Origin: Clostridia bacterium
GTDB taxonomy: Bacteria > Bacillota > Clostridia > RUG12999
Assembly (NCBI GenBank): GCA_017396395.1
Contig: JAFQMF010000014.1
Location: forward strand, 71,421 to 135,420
Direction of reading: 5' to 3'
DNA: 64,000 nucleotides
Shown: positions 20,694 to 30,224 of the stretch, one piece after another
Numbering within the stretch: position 1 is the first letter of the stretch
Layout of the letters: each line of letters starts with the position of its first letter
The notes under the pieces: model-generated
What the model was told of the DNA's origin: nothing
The model's database searches: none
The model's input: the letters and a program-made list of their open reading frames with translations, nothing else
Made by a program: the position numbers and the translations under genes

Positions 20694-20767
20694 AAAAAAG
20701 ATGTATCGTTAGCCAACTTTAGGTAAGAAAGTAATGGCTTTGATACATCTTTTTTTTCGTTTATTAA

Positions 20768-23080
20768 TTAGTTGTTTTCAGCGTTTTCAAACGCTTCTTC
20801 TATAGTGGTTTTACCTGGCTCCTGTTCAGGAGCTACATACTCCTCTTCTTCGGGAGCGGTTTCTTCTGCAACAGATTCTTCGGGAGCAGTAAGAGCCTTA
20901 ATGCTAAGAGATACCTTGCCTGATTCAAGCTTAATATCTGTAATCTTAGCATCTACAACGTCACCTATATTAAGAGCTTCTGTAACAGTATTAATTCTCT
21001 TGTCGGGAACAATCTGTGAAATGTGAATAAGACCATCTACACCATCAATAATTTCAGCAAATGCACCAAAGGGAACAATTCTTACTACTTTACAGCTTAC
21101 TACATCGCCAACATTATATTTGCTTTTGAAGATTTCCCAAGGATTGTCTTCAATCTTCTTGTAGCCAAGAGAAATCTTTTTCTTTTCAATGTCGATGTCC
21201 TTAATTGTAACTTCAACAACTTGTCCCTCTTTAAGAACCTCACTTGGATGCTTAATATTTCTCCATGAAAGCTCAGTAATATAAATAAGACCATCAATGC
21301 CGTCAATATCAACAAATGCACCGAAGGGAACAAGTCTTACTACAGTACCATTTACAATATCTCCAACATTATGTTTGAAGTTTGCCCAAGGGTCATCTTC
21401 GGGATTCTTATGTCCAAGAGAAATTTTGCCTGTTTCTTCGTCAACTGATTTCACAAAAACCTCAATCTTATCTCCCACCTTAACAAGGTCCTTAGGAGCA
21501 ACGCCCTTCTTCCAAGTAAGCTCAGTTATATGAACAAGACCATCAACACCGCCAACATCAACAAATACACCAAAGTCCATAATTGACTTAACTGTACCTT
21601 CAATTTTCTTGCCGATTTCAACATTTGCTAAAAATTCCTCTTTAGCCTTTTTAGCTGTTTCTTTAGCAACCTTTTTAATAGAACCTACTACTCTGTGACG
21701 TTTTTCATTAACGTCAATAACTCTAAGAGATACTTCGTTTCCTTTAAGAACAGAAAGATCTTCAATGTAACGGTCAGATGCCTGTGATGCGGGAACGAAT
21801 ACCTTGTTTCCTTTAACGAATACGATTACACCGCTTGAAAGAATGTCAACAACTTTACCTGTAAGAGTTTCTTCGTTGTTAAATGCTTCCACGATTGATG
21901 CCCAGTTCTTAGCCTGTTCAAGCTTTTTCTTGGAAAGAGACACAACGCCTTCAGAATCATTAACTCTGATAATGAATACTTCAATTTCATCTCCAACCTT
22001 GCAAATGTCTGAGGGAACAACATCCGGGTCGTCTGTAAGGTCTTCAAGCTTGATAACACCTTCGAACTTGAAGTCTAAATCAACAACAACTTCTGTAGGT
22101 GTAACCTTTACAACCTTGCCGACTTTTGTCTCGCCGGTTGTAAGTGTAACCTGAGCCTGCTCGGACTGTTCAAACATCTCTGCAAAACTCTGCTCCTCCT
22201 GATTATTTAAAATCTCTTTGTTTTCCATGGTTTTAATAACCTCCTTTAATATTCGGTCAGGAGTAGAAGCTCCCGCCGTTATACCAATATTAATAGTTTT
22301 ATCTATTTTGAGAAACTCCAGAATTTCATTCGGAATTTCATTGGCATCTTCAATAAGATACGTTTTTTCGCATTTCTGCTTACATACTTTATATAATTTT
22401 TTTGTATTTGAACTATGTTTGCCTCCCACAACAAGCATATAATCGGATTTTTCAGCAAGTGCTAAAGCGGCCTCCTGCCTTTCGTTTGTGGCATTACAAA
22501 TAGTATCAAATATAACAAGATCTGATAAACTGTTTTCATATTTATCTTTAATGTATTCTACAGCTTTATCCCATGAACCTCTGTCCATAGTAGTCTGGGA
22601 TACAACGCAAAGTTTTTCACCATCAAGATTTTTTGGGCAAGCTTGCAGATTGTCAGGGCTAAGTACAATGCTTTTATCTGACCAACCGCATATTCCCTGT
22701 ACTTCGGGATGTTTTTCGTCGCCCACAATAATGATTATATAACCCATTTCACTGTGTTTTTGTGCAATATTGTGAATTTTCTTCACAAAAGGACAGCTTA
22801 GGTCAATTACCTGATTTTTGTTATCTTGTAAAGAGGATATAATATCTCTGCCAGTTCCATGAGTGCGTATGATTATTTTGCTGTCTTTTAATTTCGAAAT
22901 ATCCGAAACAGGAACTATACCAAGAGTTTTCAATCTGTCAATTTCCTGAGAGTTATGAATAAGCTCACCATATGTATTAATAGGTACATTTGATGCTTGT
23001 CCGATTTCTTCTGCACATTCTACTGCTCGTCTTACTCCAAAGCAAAAGCCGGCTGAAGGGGCGAGGGTAACTTTAATCAC
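20768..23080 (-). CDS. ispH: Bifunctional 4-hydroxy-3-methylbut-2-enyl diphosphate reductase (IspH/LytB) fused to a ribosomal protein S1 with four S1 domains
   Basis: GTG start (MIKVTLAPSAGFCFGVRRAVE...) 8 nt downstream of an AGGGAGGA RBS. N-terminal ~280 aa carry the IspH Cys ligands. The C-terminal has four S1 repeats (GxV..GxVxxIxxFGAFVDI) and an acidic tail. Confidence 0.85.
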   Translation of the reverse strand: MIKVTLAPSAGFCFGVRRAVECAEEIGQASNVPINTYGELIHNSQEIDRLKTLGIVPVSDISKLKDSKIIIRTHGTGRDIISSLQDNKNQVIDLSCPFVKKIHNIAQKHSEMGYIIIIVGDEKHPEVQGICGWSDKSIVLSPDNLQACPKNLDGEKLCVVSQTTMDRGSWDKAVEYIKDKYENSLSDLVIFDTICNATNERQEAALALAEKSDYMLVVGGKHSSNTKKLYKVCKQKCEKTYLIEDANEIPNEILEFLKIDKTINIGITAGASTPDRILKEVIKTMENKEILNNQEEQSFAEMFEQSEQAQVTLTTGETKVGKVVKVTPTEVVVDLDFKFEGVIKLEDLTDDPDVVPSDICKVGDEIEVFIIRVNDSEGVVSLSKKKLEQAKNWASIVEAFNNEETLTGKVVDILSSGVIVFVKGNKVFVPASQASDRYIEDLSVLKGNEVSLRVIDVNEKRHRVVGSIKKVAKETAKKAKEEFLANVEIGKKIEGTVKSIMDFGVFVDVGGVDGLVHITELTWKKGVAPKDLVKVGDKIEVFVKSVDEETGKISLGHKNPEDDPWANFKHNVGDIVNGTVVRLVPFGAFVDIDGIDGLIYITELSWRNIKHPSEVLKEGQVVEVTIKDIDIEKKKISLGYKKIEDNPWEIFKSKYNVGDVVSCKVVRIVPFGAFAEIIDGVDGLIHISQIVPDKRINTVTEALNIGDVVDAKITDIKLESGKVSLSIKALTAPEESVAEETAPEEEEYVAPEQEPGKTTIEEAFENAENN

Positions 23081-23081
23081 C

Positions 23082-23678
23082 TTAAAAATCCTCCCTGCTT
23101 GACAGAATGGAATTATATATAAAATCACTCATAATAGTGGTTTTATCAGCAGTATTTTCGCTTGCTGATTTTATTAATTCCTGAATTTTTTCAGGTGGTA
23201 TAGGCTTACCATAATATATTTTTGTTTTACCAAACAATCGGTATTTACCTTCAATATAAACAGGGAGAATTGGTACTCCTGCTTTTGAAGCAATAGTAAG
23301 GGCTCCGGGTTTTATTTTTGAAGAAACAAATTCTTTGTTTCTTCTGCCCTCAGGGAACATCATAAGTGCGTTACCTTCCTTTAACAGCTTTAAGGCAGTA
23401 CGTACTGCTGAAATATCAGACACCGAACGGTCTATAGGGAAAGCACCACATGACTTTACAAAACTGCCAAGAAGAGGAATTTTAAAAAGCTCTTTCTTTG
23501 CCATAAATGTTAATTTTCGGGGAATATGGGTTGTAATAATTGGCGGGTCATTATTGCTTAAGTGGTTTGCAAGTATCAGTACACCGCCCTTTTGAGGAAT
23601 ATTTTTAGTTCCGTAAAATTCAGCTCCGAAGAAGAATTTATAATATGCGGATACTATTGAAAGAAGAAAAAAGTACAT
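23082..23678 (-). CDS. plsC: 1-acyl-sn-glycerol-3-phosphate acyltransferase
   Basis: 198 aa. NHLSNNDPP (HxxxxD) and FPEGRR motifs. Confidence 0.8.
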   Translation of the reverse strand: MYFFLLSIVSAYYKFFFGAEFYGTKNIPQKGGVLILANHLSNNDPPIITTHIPRKLTFMAKKELFKIPLLGSFVKSCGAFPIDRSVSDISAVRTALKLLKEGNALMMFPEGRRNKEFVSSKIKPGALTIASKAGVPILPVYIEGKYRLFGKTKIYYGKPIPPEKIQELIKSASENTADKTTIMSDFIYNSILSSREDF

Positions 23679-23683
23679 AACTT

Positions 23684-24355
23684 TTACCTCAACTTTTTAT
23701 TTATAATATTTTGAATAGCTAAAACAGAGTTTTCTAAGGTAAGATTAGTTGTATCTACCAAAATGGCATTTTCAGCCTGTTTCAAGGGAGAATTTTCTCT
23801 TGTAGAGTCGTTTTTATCCCTTAATTCCATATCAGATAATACTTCCTCAAAGGTAACATTTTCTCCCTTTGCGGTAAGTTCGTCATATCTCCGCTTTGCT
23901 CTTGCTTTCACATCTGCAGTTAAGAAAATTGCTACATCGCTGTCTGGTAAAACTGTGGTAGCAATATCTCTGCCATCCATAATAACATTATATTTATTTG
24001 CAAGCTCCCTTTGCATAGCAGTAAGCTTTTCACGCACTTTTTTGTGCTTTGACACATTGGATGCACCAAGTGACATCTGGGGAGTACGAATTTTTTCGCT
24101 GACATTTTCGCCCAGTAAAAAAATCTGCTGAATGCCATTTTCATAGCGAATATCAATTTCTATATCCTCTAAAAGAGCTTCTACTTGGTCGCTGTTTTCG
24201 GGTTCAACACCTTTTGTTATGCAATATAAAGCAACAGCTCTGTACATTGCTCCCGTATCTATGTAGGTATAACCCATAGATTGTGCAAGTAATTTTGCAA
24301 TAGTGCTTTTACCGGCACCTGAAGGACCGTCAATAGCAATTTTTTTTGTTAACAT
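23684..24355 (-). CDS. cmk: Cytidylate kinase
   Basis: MLTKKIAIDGPSGAGKSTIAKLLA... Start moved to the ATG with an AAAGGAG RBS; the track used an upstream GTG. Confidence 0.9.
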   Translation of the reverse strand: MLTKKIAIDGPSGAGKSTIAKLLAQSMGYTYIDTGAMYRAVALYCITKGVEPENSDQVEALLEDIEIDIRYENGIQQIFLLGENVSEKIRTPQMSLGASNVSKHKKVREKLTAMQRELANKYNVIMDGRDIATTVLPDSDVAIFLTADVKARAKRRYDELTAKGENVTFEEVLSDMELRDKNDSTRENSPLKQAENAILVDTTNLTLENSVLAIQNIINKKLR

Positions 24356-24590
24356 CAGTGGCACTCCTTTAGCAATAACTATAATTTATCTCCGCCTAAA
24401 AATGCACTATTATATTATACATAATTTAAAGGTAAAAAACAAGGGTTTTTTAAAAATATTTTAAAAAAATTTGAAATTGACAAAAAATGTAATTTTTTAA
24501 ATATTAGTAAAGTTTCTCGTTAATATAGTTGACAGAAAATATAAAATGTGATAATCTTTAATGTAATAATTAATAAAGGAAATGAATAGT

Positions 24591-25118
24591 ATGAATAAAG
24601 CAAAAGGAATTATATATATGAGCTTTTTTGCTGCTTTAACAGCTGTTTTTTCCTGGATTATTATACCAATTCCTATATCTCCTGTTCCTATAAATCTTGG
24701 AATTGTTTCCCCGATTTTAGCAGGACTTATATTGGGTAGCAAAATGGGTGCACTAAGTCAAATTATATATTTGTTACTGGGCACTGTGGGACTTCCGATA
24801 TTTGCAGGGTTTAAGGGTGGTATTTCAGTAATCACAGGTCCTACAGGCGGTTTTTTAATAGGATATATTTTAGCAGCGTATATAACAGGTATTTTGTATA
24901 AATATATAAAAAGAGAAAAATATAAAGTTTTATTTTCTGTTATTGCAGGAGTAATAATGACTTATATTTGCGGCGGGATTTTTTACGCATATTTATTTAA
25001 TACCTCTTTAAAAGCATCATTATTTATAACAGTATTACCATTTATACCGGGAGACATTTTAAAAGTAGTACTTGTTATGTATTTGTTTAAAAAAATAAAT
25101 AATATAAAACTGAGGTAA
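24591..25118 (+). CDS. bioY: Biotin transporter BioY (ECF S-component)
   Basis: Hydrophobic throughout; FFAALTAVFSWIIIPIPISPVPINLG...GPTGGFLIGYILAAY matches BioY. The start could be 24582 or 24591. Confidence 0.8.
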   Translation: MNKAKGIIYMSFFAALTAVFSWIIIPIPISPVPINLGIVSPILAGLILGSKMGALSQIIYLLLGTVGLPIFAGFKGGISVITGPTGGFLIGYILAAYITGILYKYIKREKYKVLFSVIAGVIMTYICGGIFYAYLFNTSLKASLFITVLPFIPGDILKVVLVMYLFKKINNIKLR

Positions 25119-25121
25119 TTT

Positions 25122-26546
25122 ATGGAAAACTTTACATACTGGGTAGAAAAGTTTGACGGATTTATATGGGGATGGCCTCTTATAATTCTTATACTTGTTA
25201 CGGGAATTTATCTTACAATAAAAGTAGGTTTTCTACAAATATGGAAGCTTCCTCTTGCACTTAAATATATGGTGAAAAATGAGGAAGGCGGAGAAGGAGA
25301 AGTTACCAGCTTCGGTGCACTATGTACAGCCCTTTCAGCAACTATAGGCACAGGAAACATAGTCGGTGTTGCAACTGCTATTTGTACAGGAGGTCCGGGA
25401 GCACTTTTTTGGATGCTTATTGCGGCATTTTTTGGTATGGCAACAAAGTATGCAGAAGGACTTCTTGCTATTATTTACCGTGAAGATAAAGGTAAAGGTC
25501 ATTTTTTGGGAGGACCTTTTTATTACATAGAAAAAGGCATGGGCAAGCAGTGGAAATGGCTGGGAAAGCTGTTTGCATTTTTAGGTATTGGTGCAGGAGT
25601 TTTAGGTATAGGAACTATTACTCAGGTTAACGGGATAACAACTGCAGTTCAGAATTTTTTTGACCCCAATAGTTTACATATTGCCTTTTCCTTTAGCGGG
25701 AATTCATATACATGGGCAACAGTTGTAGGGGGTATAATAGTAACATTTTTTGCAGCACTTGTAATTATTGGCGGAATTAAAAGAATAGCTAAGGTATCAG
25801 AAATAGTAGTACCATTTATGGCAATTTTATATGTAGCTTTTGCCTTTATTATTCTTGTGGCAGAGGCAGATAAAATTCCAGCTGCTTTGCTTCTTGTTGT
25901 CAAAGCTGCATTTAATCCTCAGGCTGCACTTGGCGGTGCGGTTGGTATTACAATTCAGCTTGCTATGCAAAAGGGTATAGGCAGAGGGATTTTTTCAAAT
26001 GAAGCAGGACTTGGCTCTGCTCCTATTGCTGCAGCAGCCGCAAAAACCAAAGACCCCGTAAGACAGGGACTTGTTACTATGACAGGAACCTTTATAGATA
26101 CTATTGTAGTATGCACATTAACAGGTCTTTCAATACTTGTTACAGATGCCCATAATATGTATGTGCCAAACAATTTTGAAGGAGTAAAAATTACTACATA
26201 CGCATGGCAAAAGGGACTTCCGATTGCTGGAAATGCAGCTGGATTTATGCTGATGATATGCCTGATATTTTTTGCGTTTACTACAATTTTAGGATGGAAT
26301 TATTATTCCGAAAGATGCCTTGAGTATCTAAGCGGTGGAAATATGAAGGCTGTAAAAATTTTCAGGTGGGTATATATATTAGCGGTGTTTGTTGGACCTT
26401 ATCTTACTGTTTCTGTTGTGTGGGGAATAGCAGATATTTTAAATGGACTTATGGCACTTCCTAACTTAATAGCACTTCTTGCACTTAGCAAAGTAATAGA
26501 AAAAGAAACAAAAAATTATTTTTCTAAAGTAAAAAAAATCAAATAA
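25122..26546 (+). CDS. Sodium:alanine (amino-acid carrier, AGCS family) symporter
   Basis: 474 aa. FGALCTALSATIGTGNIVGVATAI...FWMLIAAFFGMATKYAEGLLAIIYRE signature. Confidence 0.85.
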   Translation: MENFTYWVEKFDGFIWGWPLIILILVTGIYLTIKVGFLQIWKLPLALKYMVKNEEGGEGEVTSFGALCTALSATIGTGNIVGVATAICTGGPGALFWMLIAAFFGMATKYAEGLLAIIYREDKGKGHFLGGPFYYIEKGMGKQWKWLGKLFAFLGIGAGVLGIGTITQVNGITTAVQNFFDPNSLHIAFSFSGNSYTWATVVGGIIVTFFAALVIIGGIKRIAKVSEIVVPFMAILYVAFAFIILVAEADKIPAALLLVVKAAFNPQAALGGAVGITIQLAMQKGIGRGIFSNEAGLGSAPIAAAAAKTKDPVRQGLVTMTGTFIDTIVVCTLTGLSILVTDAHNMYVPNNFEGVKITTYAWQKGLPIAGNAAGFMLMICLIFFAFTTILGWNYYSERCLEYLSGGNMKAVKIFRWVYILAVFVGPYLTVSVVWGIADILNGLMALPNLIALLALSKVIEKETKNYFSKVKKIK

Positions 26547-26556
26547 ATTTATATGG

Positions 26557-26597
26557 AATATAAAGAACGGCTTTTTGAAAAAGAGCCGTTCTTTTTT
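26557..26597 (+). terminator. Rho-independent terminator
   Basis: gaacggct-ttttgaaaaag-agccgttc followed by T7. Confidence 0.6.
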
Positions 26598-26662
26598 TGT
26601 ATAATAATTTTCTTTTATGGAAAGAGTAATATTGATTAAAAAACTGGAAGGAAGAATTTAAT

Positions 26663-28153
26663 ATGTCCGAATATGTTCTTGAACTAAAAAATATTACAAA
26701 AATTTTTCCTGGAGTTAAGGCTCTTGATGATGTACATTTTTCCTTGAAGAAAGGGGAAATTCACGCGCTTATGGGCGAAAATGGTGCAGGAAAATCTACA
26801 TTTATAAAGGTAATAACAGGTGTTCATATACCGGATGAAGGTGAAATTATTTTAAGAGGGGAAAAGGTTGTTTTTAAAGATCCTCGTGATGCTCAGCAGA
26901 AAAGTATTGCTGCAATTTATCAGCATGGCACTTTATATCAGCATCTTACTGTTACTGAAAATATATTTATAGGTCATGAAAAACTCACAACCTTTAAAAC
27001 CCTTGATTGGACAAAAATGCATAAAGAGGCTAAAGAGCTTTTAAGGGGACTTGGAAGTGATATTGATCCTAAAGCTACTATGGGAAATCTTACTGTAGCA
27101 GAACAGCAGGTAGTGGAAATTGCAAAGGCTATATCCACTAATGCTGATATTATAATTATGGATGAGCCTACAGCAGCTTTATCTAAAAGAGAATGTGAAG
27201 AACTTTATACAATTACCCAACGTCTCAGAGATGAAGGCAGATCAATTATTTTTATATCTCATCGCTTTGAGGATATGTATCGATTGGCTACTCGTGTAAC
27301 TGTATTTCGTGATTCTAAATATATCGGCACTTGGGGAGTAAATGACCTTACCAATGACCAGCTTATAAGCAAAATGGTAGGAAGAGAAATTAAGGATATC
27401 TATCCTAAACAAGAGGTGAAACAGGGAGCAGAAATACTAAGAGTGGACGGACTTTCCAAAACGGGTTACTATAAGGACGTTTCCTTTACTCTTCATAAAG
27501 GTGAAATCCTTGCCGTAACAGGTCTTGTAGGAGCAGGTCGAAGTGAAGTTTTTCAGGGAGTTATGGGCATAGAAAAACCGGATAGCGGACAAGTATTTTT
27601 AGAAGGAAAAAAATTGGATATTAAAAATGTTCAAGATGCTATGAATGCAGGTATAGGTTATCTGCCTGAAGACAGACAAAGACAGGGACTTATACTAGAT
27701 TGGGGTCTTGGGTATAATGTAACACTTTCTACCCTTGAAAAATACACAAAAGCTACCATTATTGATAAAAGAGCTGAAAGAGTAAGTGCAAAGGATTTGC
27801 TGGAGGAGGTTAAAACAAAGGCACTTTCCGTATATGATAAAGCGTCCAGTCTGTCAGGGGGAAATCAGCAGAAGGTTATAGTTGCAAAAGTATTAAACTC
27901 CGATTTAAGGGTAGTTATATTAGATGAACCTACAAAGGGCGTGGATGTTGGTGCTAAAGCTCAGATTTATGAGATAATGTCAGGACTTGCGGCAAAAGGA
28001 TATGGAGTTATAATGATATCTTCAGAGATGCCCGAGGTGCTTGGTATGGCAGATACTATTCTTGTTATGAAAGAGGGAAGAGTATCAAAAATATTTAATG
28101 ACTGCAAAAATGTAACTCAGGAGCAAATTCTTGAGGCAGCTATGAACATATAG
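26663..28153 (+). CDS. Sugar ABC transporter ATP-binding protein (duplicated NBD, RbsA/MglA/LsrA type); ends in TAG
   Basis: 496 aa. Two Walker A sites (GENGAGKST; GLVGAGRSE), two LSGGQQK signatures and two Walker B sites. Confidence 0.85.
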   Translation: MSEYVLELKNITKIFPGVKALDDVHFSLKKGEIHALMGENGAGKSTFIKVITGVHIPDEGEIILRGEKVVFKDPRDAQQKSIAAIYQHGTLYQHLTVTENIFIGHEKLTTFKTLDWTKMHKEAKELLRGLGSDIDPKATMGNLTVAEQQVVEIAKAISTNADIIIMDEPTAALSKRECEELYTITQRLRDEGRSIIFISHRFEDMYRLATRVTVFRDSKYIGTWGVNDLTNDQLISKMVGREIKDIYPKQEVKQGAEILRVDGLSKTGYYKDVSFTLHKGEILAVTGLVGAGRSEVFQGVMGIEKPDSGQVFLEGKKLDIKNVQDAMNAGIGYLPEDRQRQGLILDWGLGYNVTLSTLEKYTKATIIDKRAERVSAKDLLEEVKTKALSVYDKASSLSGGNQQKVIVAKVLNSDLRVVILDEPTKGVDVGAKAQIYEIMSGLAAKGYGVIMISSEMPEVLGMADTILVMKEGRVSKIFNDCKNVTQEQILEAAMNI

Positions 28154-28167
28154 GAGGTAAAAGATAA

Positions 28168-29172
28168 ATGGAAAAAACAAAAAAGCTATTTTCGGCAAAT
28201 ATCCGTGAAATCAGCCTTGTAATAGTAATTATTCTTATATCTGCTTTTGTTCAGGTAAGAAGCGGGGGAGGTTTTTTAACAGGAGAAAATATAACAGATA
28301 TGTTGCTGGAAACCTCAGTACTTGCTATAACAGCTGTAGGTATGATGATGGTAATTTTAACGGGAGGAATTGACCTTTCTATCGGTGCAGTAATGGCACT
28401 TGGTGCAATGGCAGGTACTACGGTTTTGAAAAATAGCGTACTGTCCGAAAATCCTGTTTCCAATATATGGATAGTACTAATTGCAGTTGGTGTTGGACTT
28501 ATTTGCGGTCTTATTAACGGCCTTTTAATTTCAAAGCTTAAAATTCTGCCTATTATTGCAACTCTTGGTATGATGAATATATATAGAGGAATAACATACC
28601 TGATTGCAAACGGTTCATGGGTAAAGCAAGCTGAAATGGGTCCAAAGTTTTTATCCCTTGCAACGGGAAAAACGCTTGGAATATATAATCTTCTTTTAAT
28701 TGCAATTATTGTTTATCTTGTTGCTTTCTTTTTCTCGGAATATACCAAAACAGGAAGAAAAATTTATGCTGTGGGTAACAGCGAGGAATCTGCAAGAGTT
28801 TCAGGTATAAAAACTGACAGAATTATAACTCTTGCATATGTAATATTAGGCGGAATTGCAGGTCTTGGAGGTATATTATATGTATGTAAATACGGAGTTG
28901 CTCAGGGGGAAACAGGTACAGGATATGAAATGAATGTAATTGCTGCCTGCGTGCTTGGAGGAGTGAGCATAAGTGGCGGTAAGGGTAAAGTGGCAGGTGT
29001 ATTGCTGGGTGCAATACTTCTGGGTATGCTTAATAATGCAATGCCACTTATTCAGGTATCCTCTTTCTGGCAAGAGGCAATCAGGGGTGGTATAATACTT
29101 GTTTCTATAGTTATTAACGCTCTTATTGCACGTAATGTTGAAAAGAAGGATTTAAGAAGGAGGAGCATTTAA
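28168..29172 (+). CDS. Sugar ABC transporter permease (RbsC/BPD-2 family)
   Basis: 334 aa polytopic protein. GGIDLSIGAVMAL motif. Confidence 0.8.
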   Translation: MEKTKKLFSANIREISLVIVIILISAFVQVRSGGGFLTGENITDMLLETSVLAITAVGMMMVILTGGIDLSIGAVMALGAMAGTTVLKNSVLSENPVSNIWIVLIAVGVGLICGLINGLLISKLKILPIIATLGMMNIYRGITYLIANGSWVKQAEMGPKFLSLATGKTLGIYNLLLIAIIVYLVAFFFSEYTKTGRKIYAVGNSEESARVSGIKTDRIITLAYVILGGIAGLGGILYVCKYGVAQGETGTGYEMNVIAACVLGGVSISGGKGKVAGVLLGAILLGMLNNAMPLIQVSSFWQEAIRGGIILVSIVINALIARNVEKKDLRRRSI

Positions 29173-30201
29173 ATGGCAAAGGATTTTGAAAGACAAGCTG
29201 TATCGGCAGACGGCACCAGAACAATTATTGCAAACAGAGGCTTTAGCAGTAAACGCTTTTTTCTTCAATGGGAATGGATGCTTGTTTTAATGCTGGTAGC
29301 GGTTAATATATTTAACATTTCCTCCTCATCAAATTATGCAAATGCTCGCGGAATACTTAATGCTACAAGGGATTTTATTGATAAAGCAATAGTGGTATTT
29401 CCTATGGCATTTGTACTGATGCTGGGAGAAATTGATATTTCGGTAGCTTCCATAATGGCACTGTCTGCAACGATTATGGGTATTGTTTTTGAAGCAACAG
29501 GAAATATGTTTATAGCAATAATAGCAGCCTTATTAACAGGTGTTATATGCGGACTTATTAATGGCTCAATTCTTGCTAAATTTCCTGAACTTTCAAGTAT
29601 GATAGTAACCCTATCTACACAAATTATATTCAGAGGAATTGCCCAGATAATTTTGGAAACAAGGTCAATAGGAGGGTTTCCCTCCTGGTTTGGAAATATA
29701 GCATCAGGAAAGGTAGGACTAGTTCCTTACGGGCTTATATTTGTGGTGGCAGAAGCGGTTTTCTTTGCTTATTTACTTCATATGACAAAGTTTGGAAGAC
29801 GTACTATTGCTATGGGTAATTCTGTAACGGTTGCCAAATATTCGGGTATTAAAACAAATAAAATAAAGGTAATAATATTTACCGTTGTTGGCTTGTTTTC
29901 AGCTATAGCAGGTATATACCTGTCATCAAAAATGTCTTCTGTACGCTCTGATGTGGCAAGAGGATATGAACTGGATATAATTGCAATGGTAGTACTGGGA
30001 GGTATATCCACTTCAGGGGGACGAGGAAGAATTCTTGGTACATCCCTTGCAATACTTGTAATTGGTTATTTAAGATACGGACTTGGACTTATAAATGCAA
30101 CAAGTCAGATTATTATGATAGTAGTAGGCTTGCTTCTTATTATTGCAGTTGCAATTCCAAATCTTAAAAACAGTTTAGGACAAATAAAAATTTTAAAATA
30201 A
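29173..30201 (+). CDS. Sugar ABC transporter permease (second subunit)
   Basis: 342 aa paralogous permease. GEIDISVASIMAL motif. Confidence 0.8.
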   Translation: MAKDFERQAVSADGTRTIIANRGFSSKRFFLQWEWMLVLMLVAVNIFNISSSSNYANARGILNATRDFIDKAIVVFPMAFVLMLGEIDISVASIMALSATIMGIVFEATGNMFIAIIAALLTGVICGLINGSILAKFPELSSMIVTLSTQIIFRGIAQIILETRSIGGFPSWFGNIASGKVGLVPYGLIFVVAEAVFFAYLLHMTKFGRRTIAMGNSVTVAKYSGIKTNKIKVIIFTVVGLFSAIAGIYLSSKMSSVRSDVARGYELDIIAMVVLGGISTSGGRGRILGTSLAILVIGYLRYGLGLINATSQIIMIVVGLLLIIAVAIPNLKNSLGQIKILK

Positions 30202-30224
30202 AAAGATATTTGGAGAGATGAAAA

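Noticed and set aside
23081-23128. Track's upstream ATG start for ispH, which would overlap plsC by 47 nt
   Set aside because: A GTG 16 codons downstream has a perfect AGGGAGGA RBS and gives the canonical IspH N-terminus (MIKVTLAPSAGFCFG).
24365-24581. BirA operator upstream of bioY
   Set aside because: Two TTGACA-type promoter elements are visible. I found no convincing TGTAAACC/GGTTTACA-type BirA palindrome.
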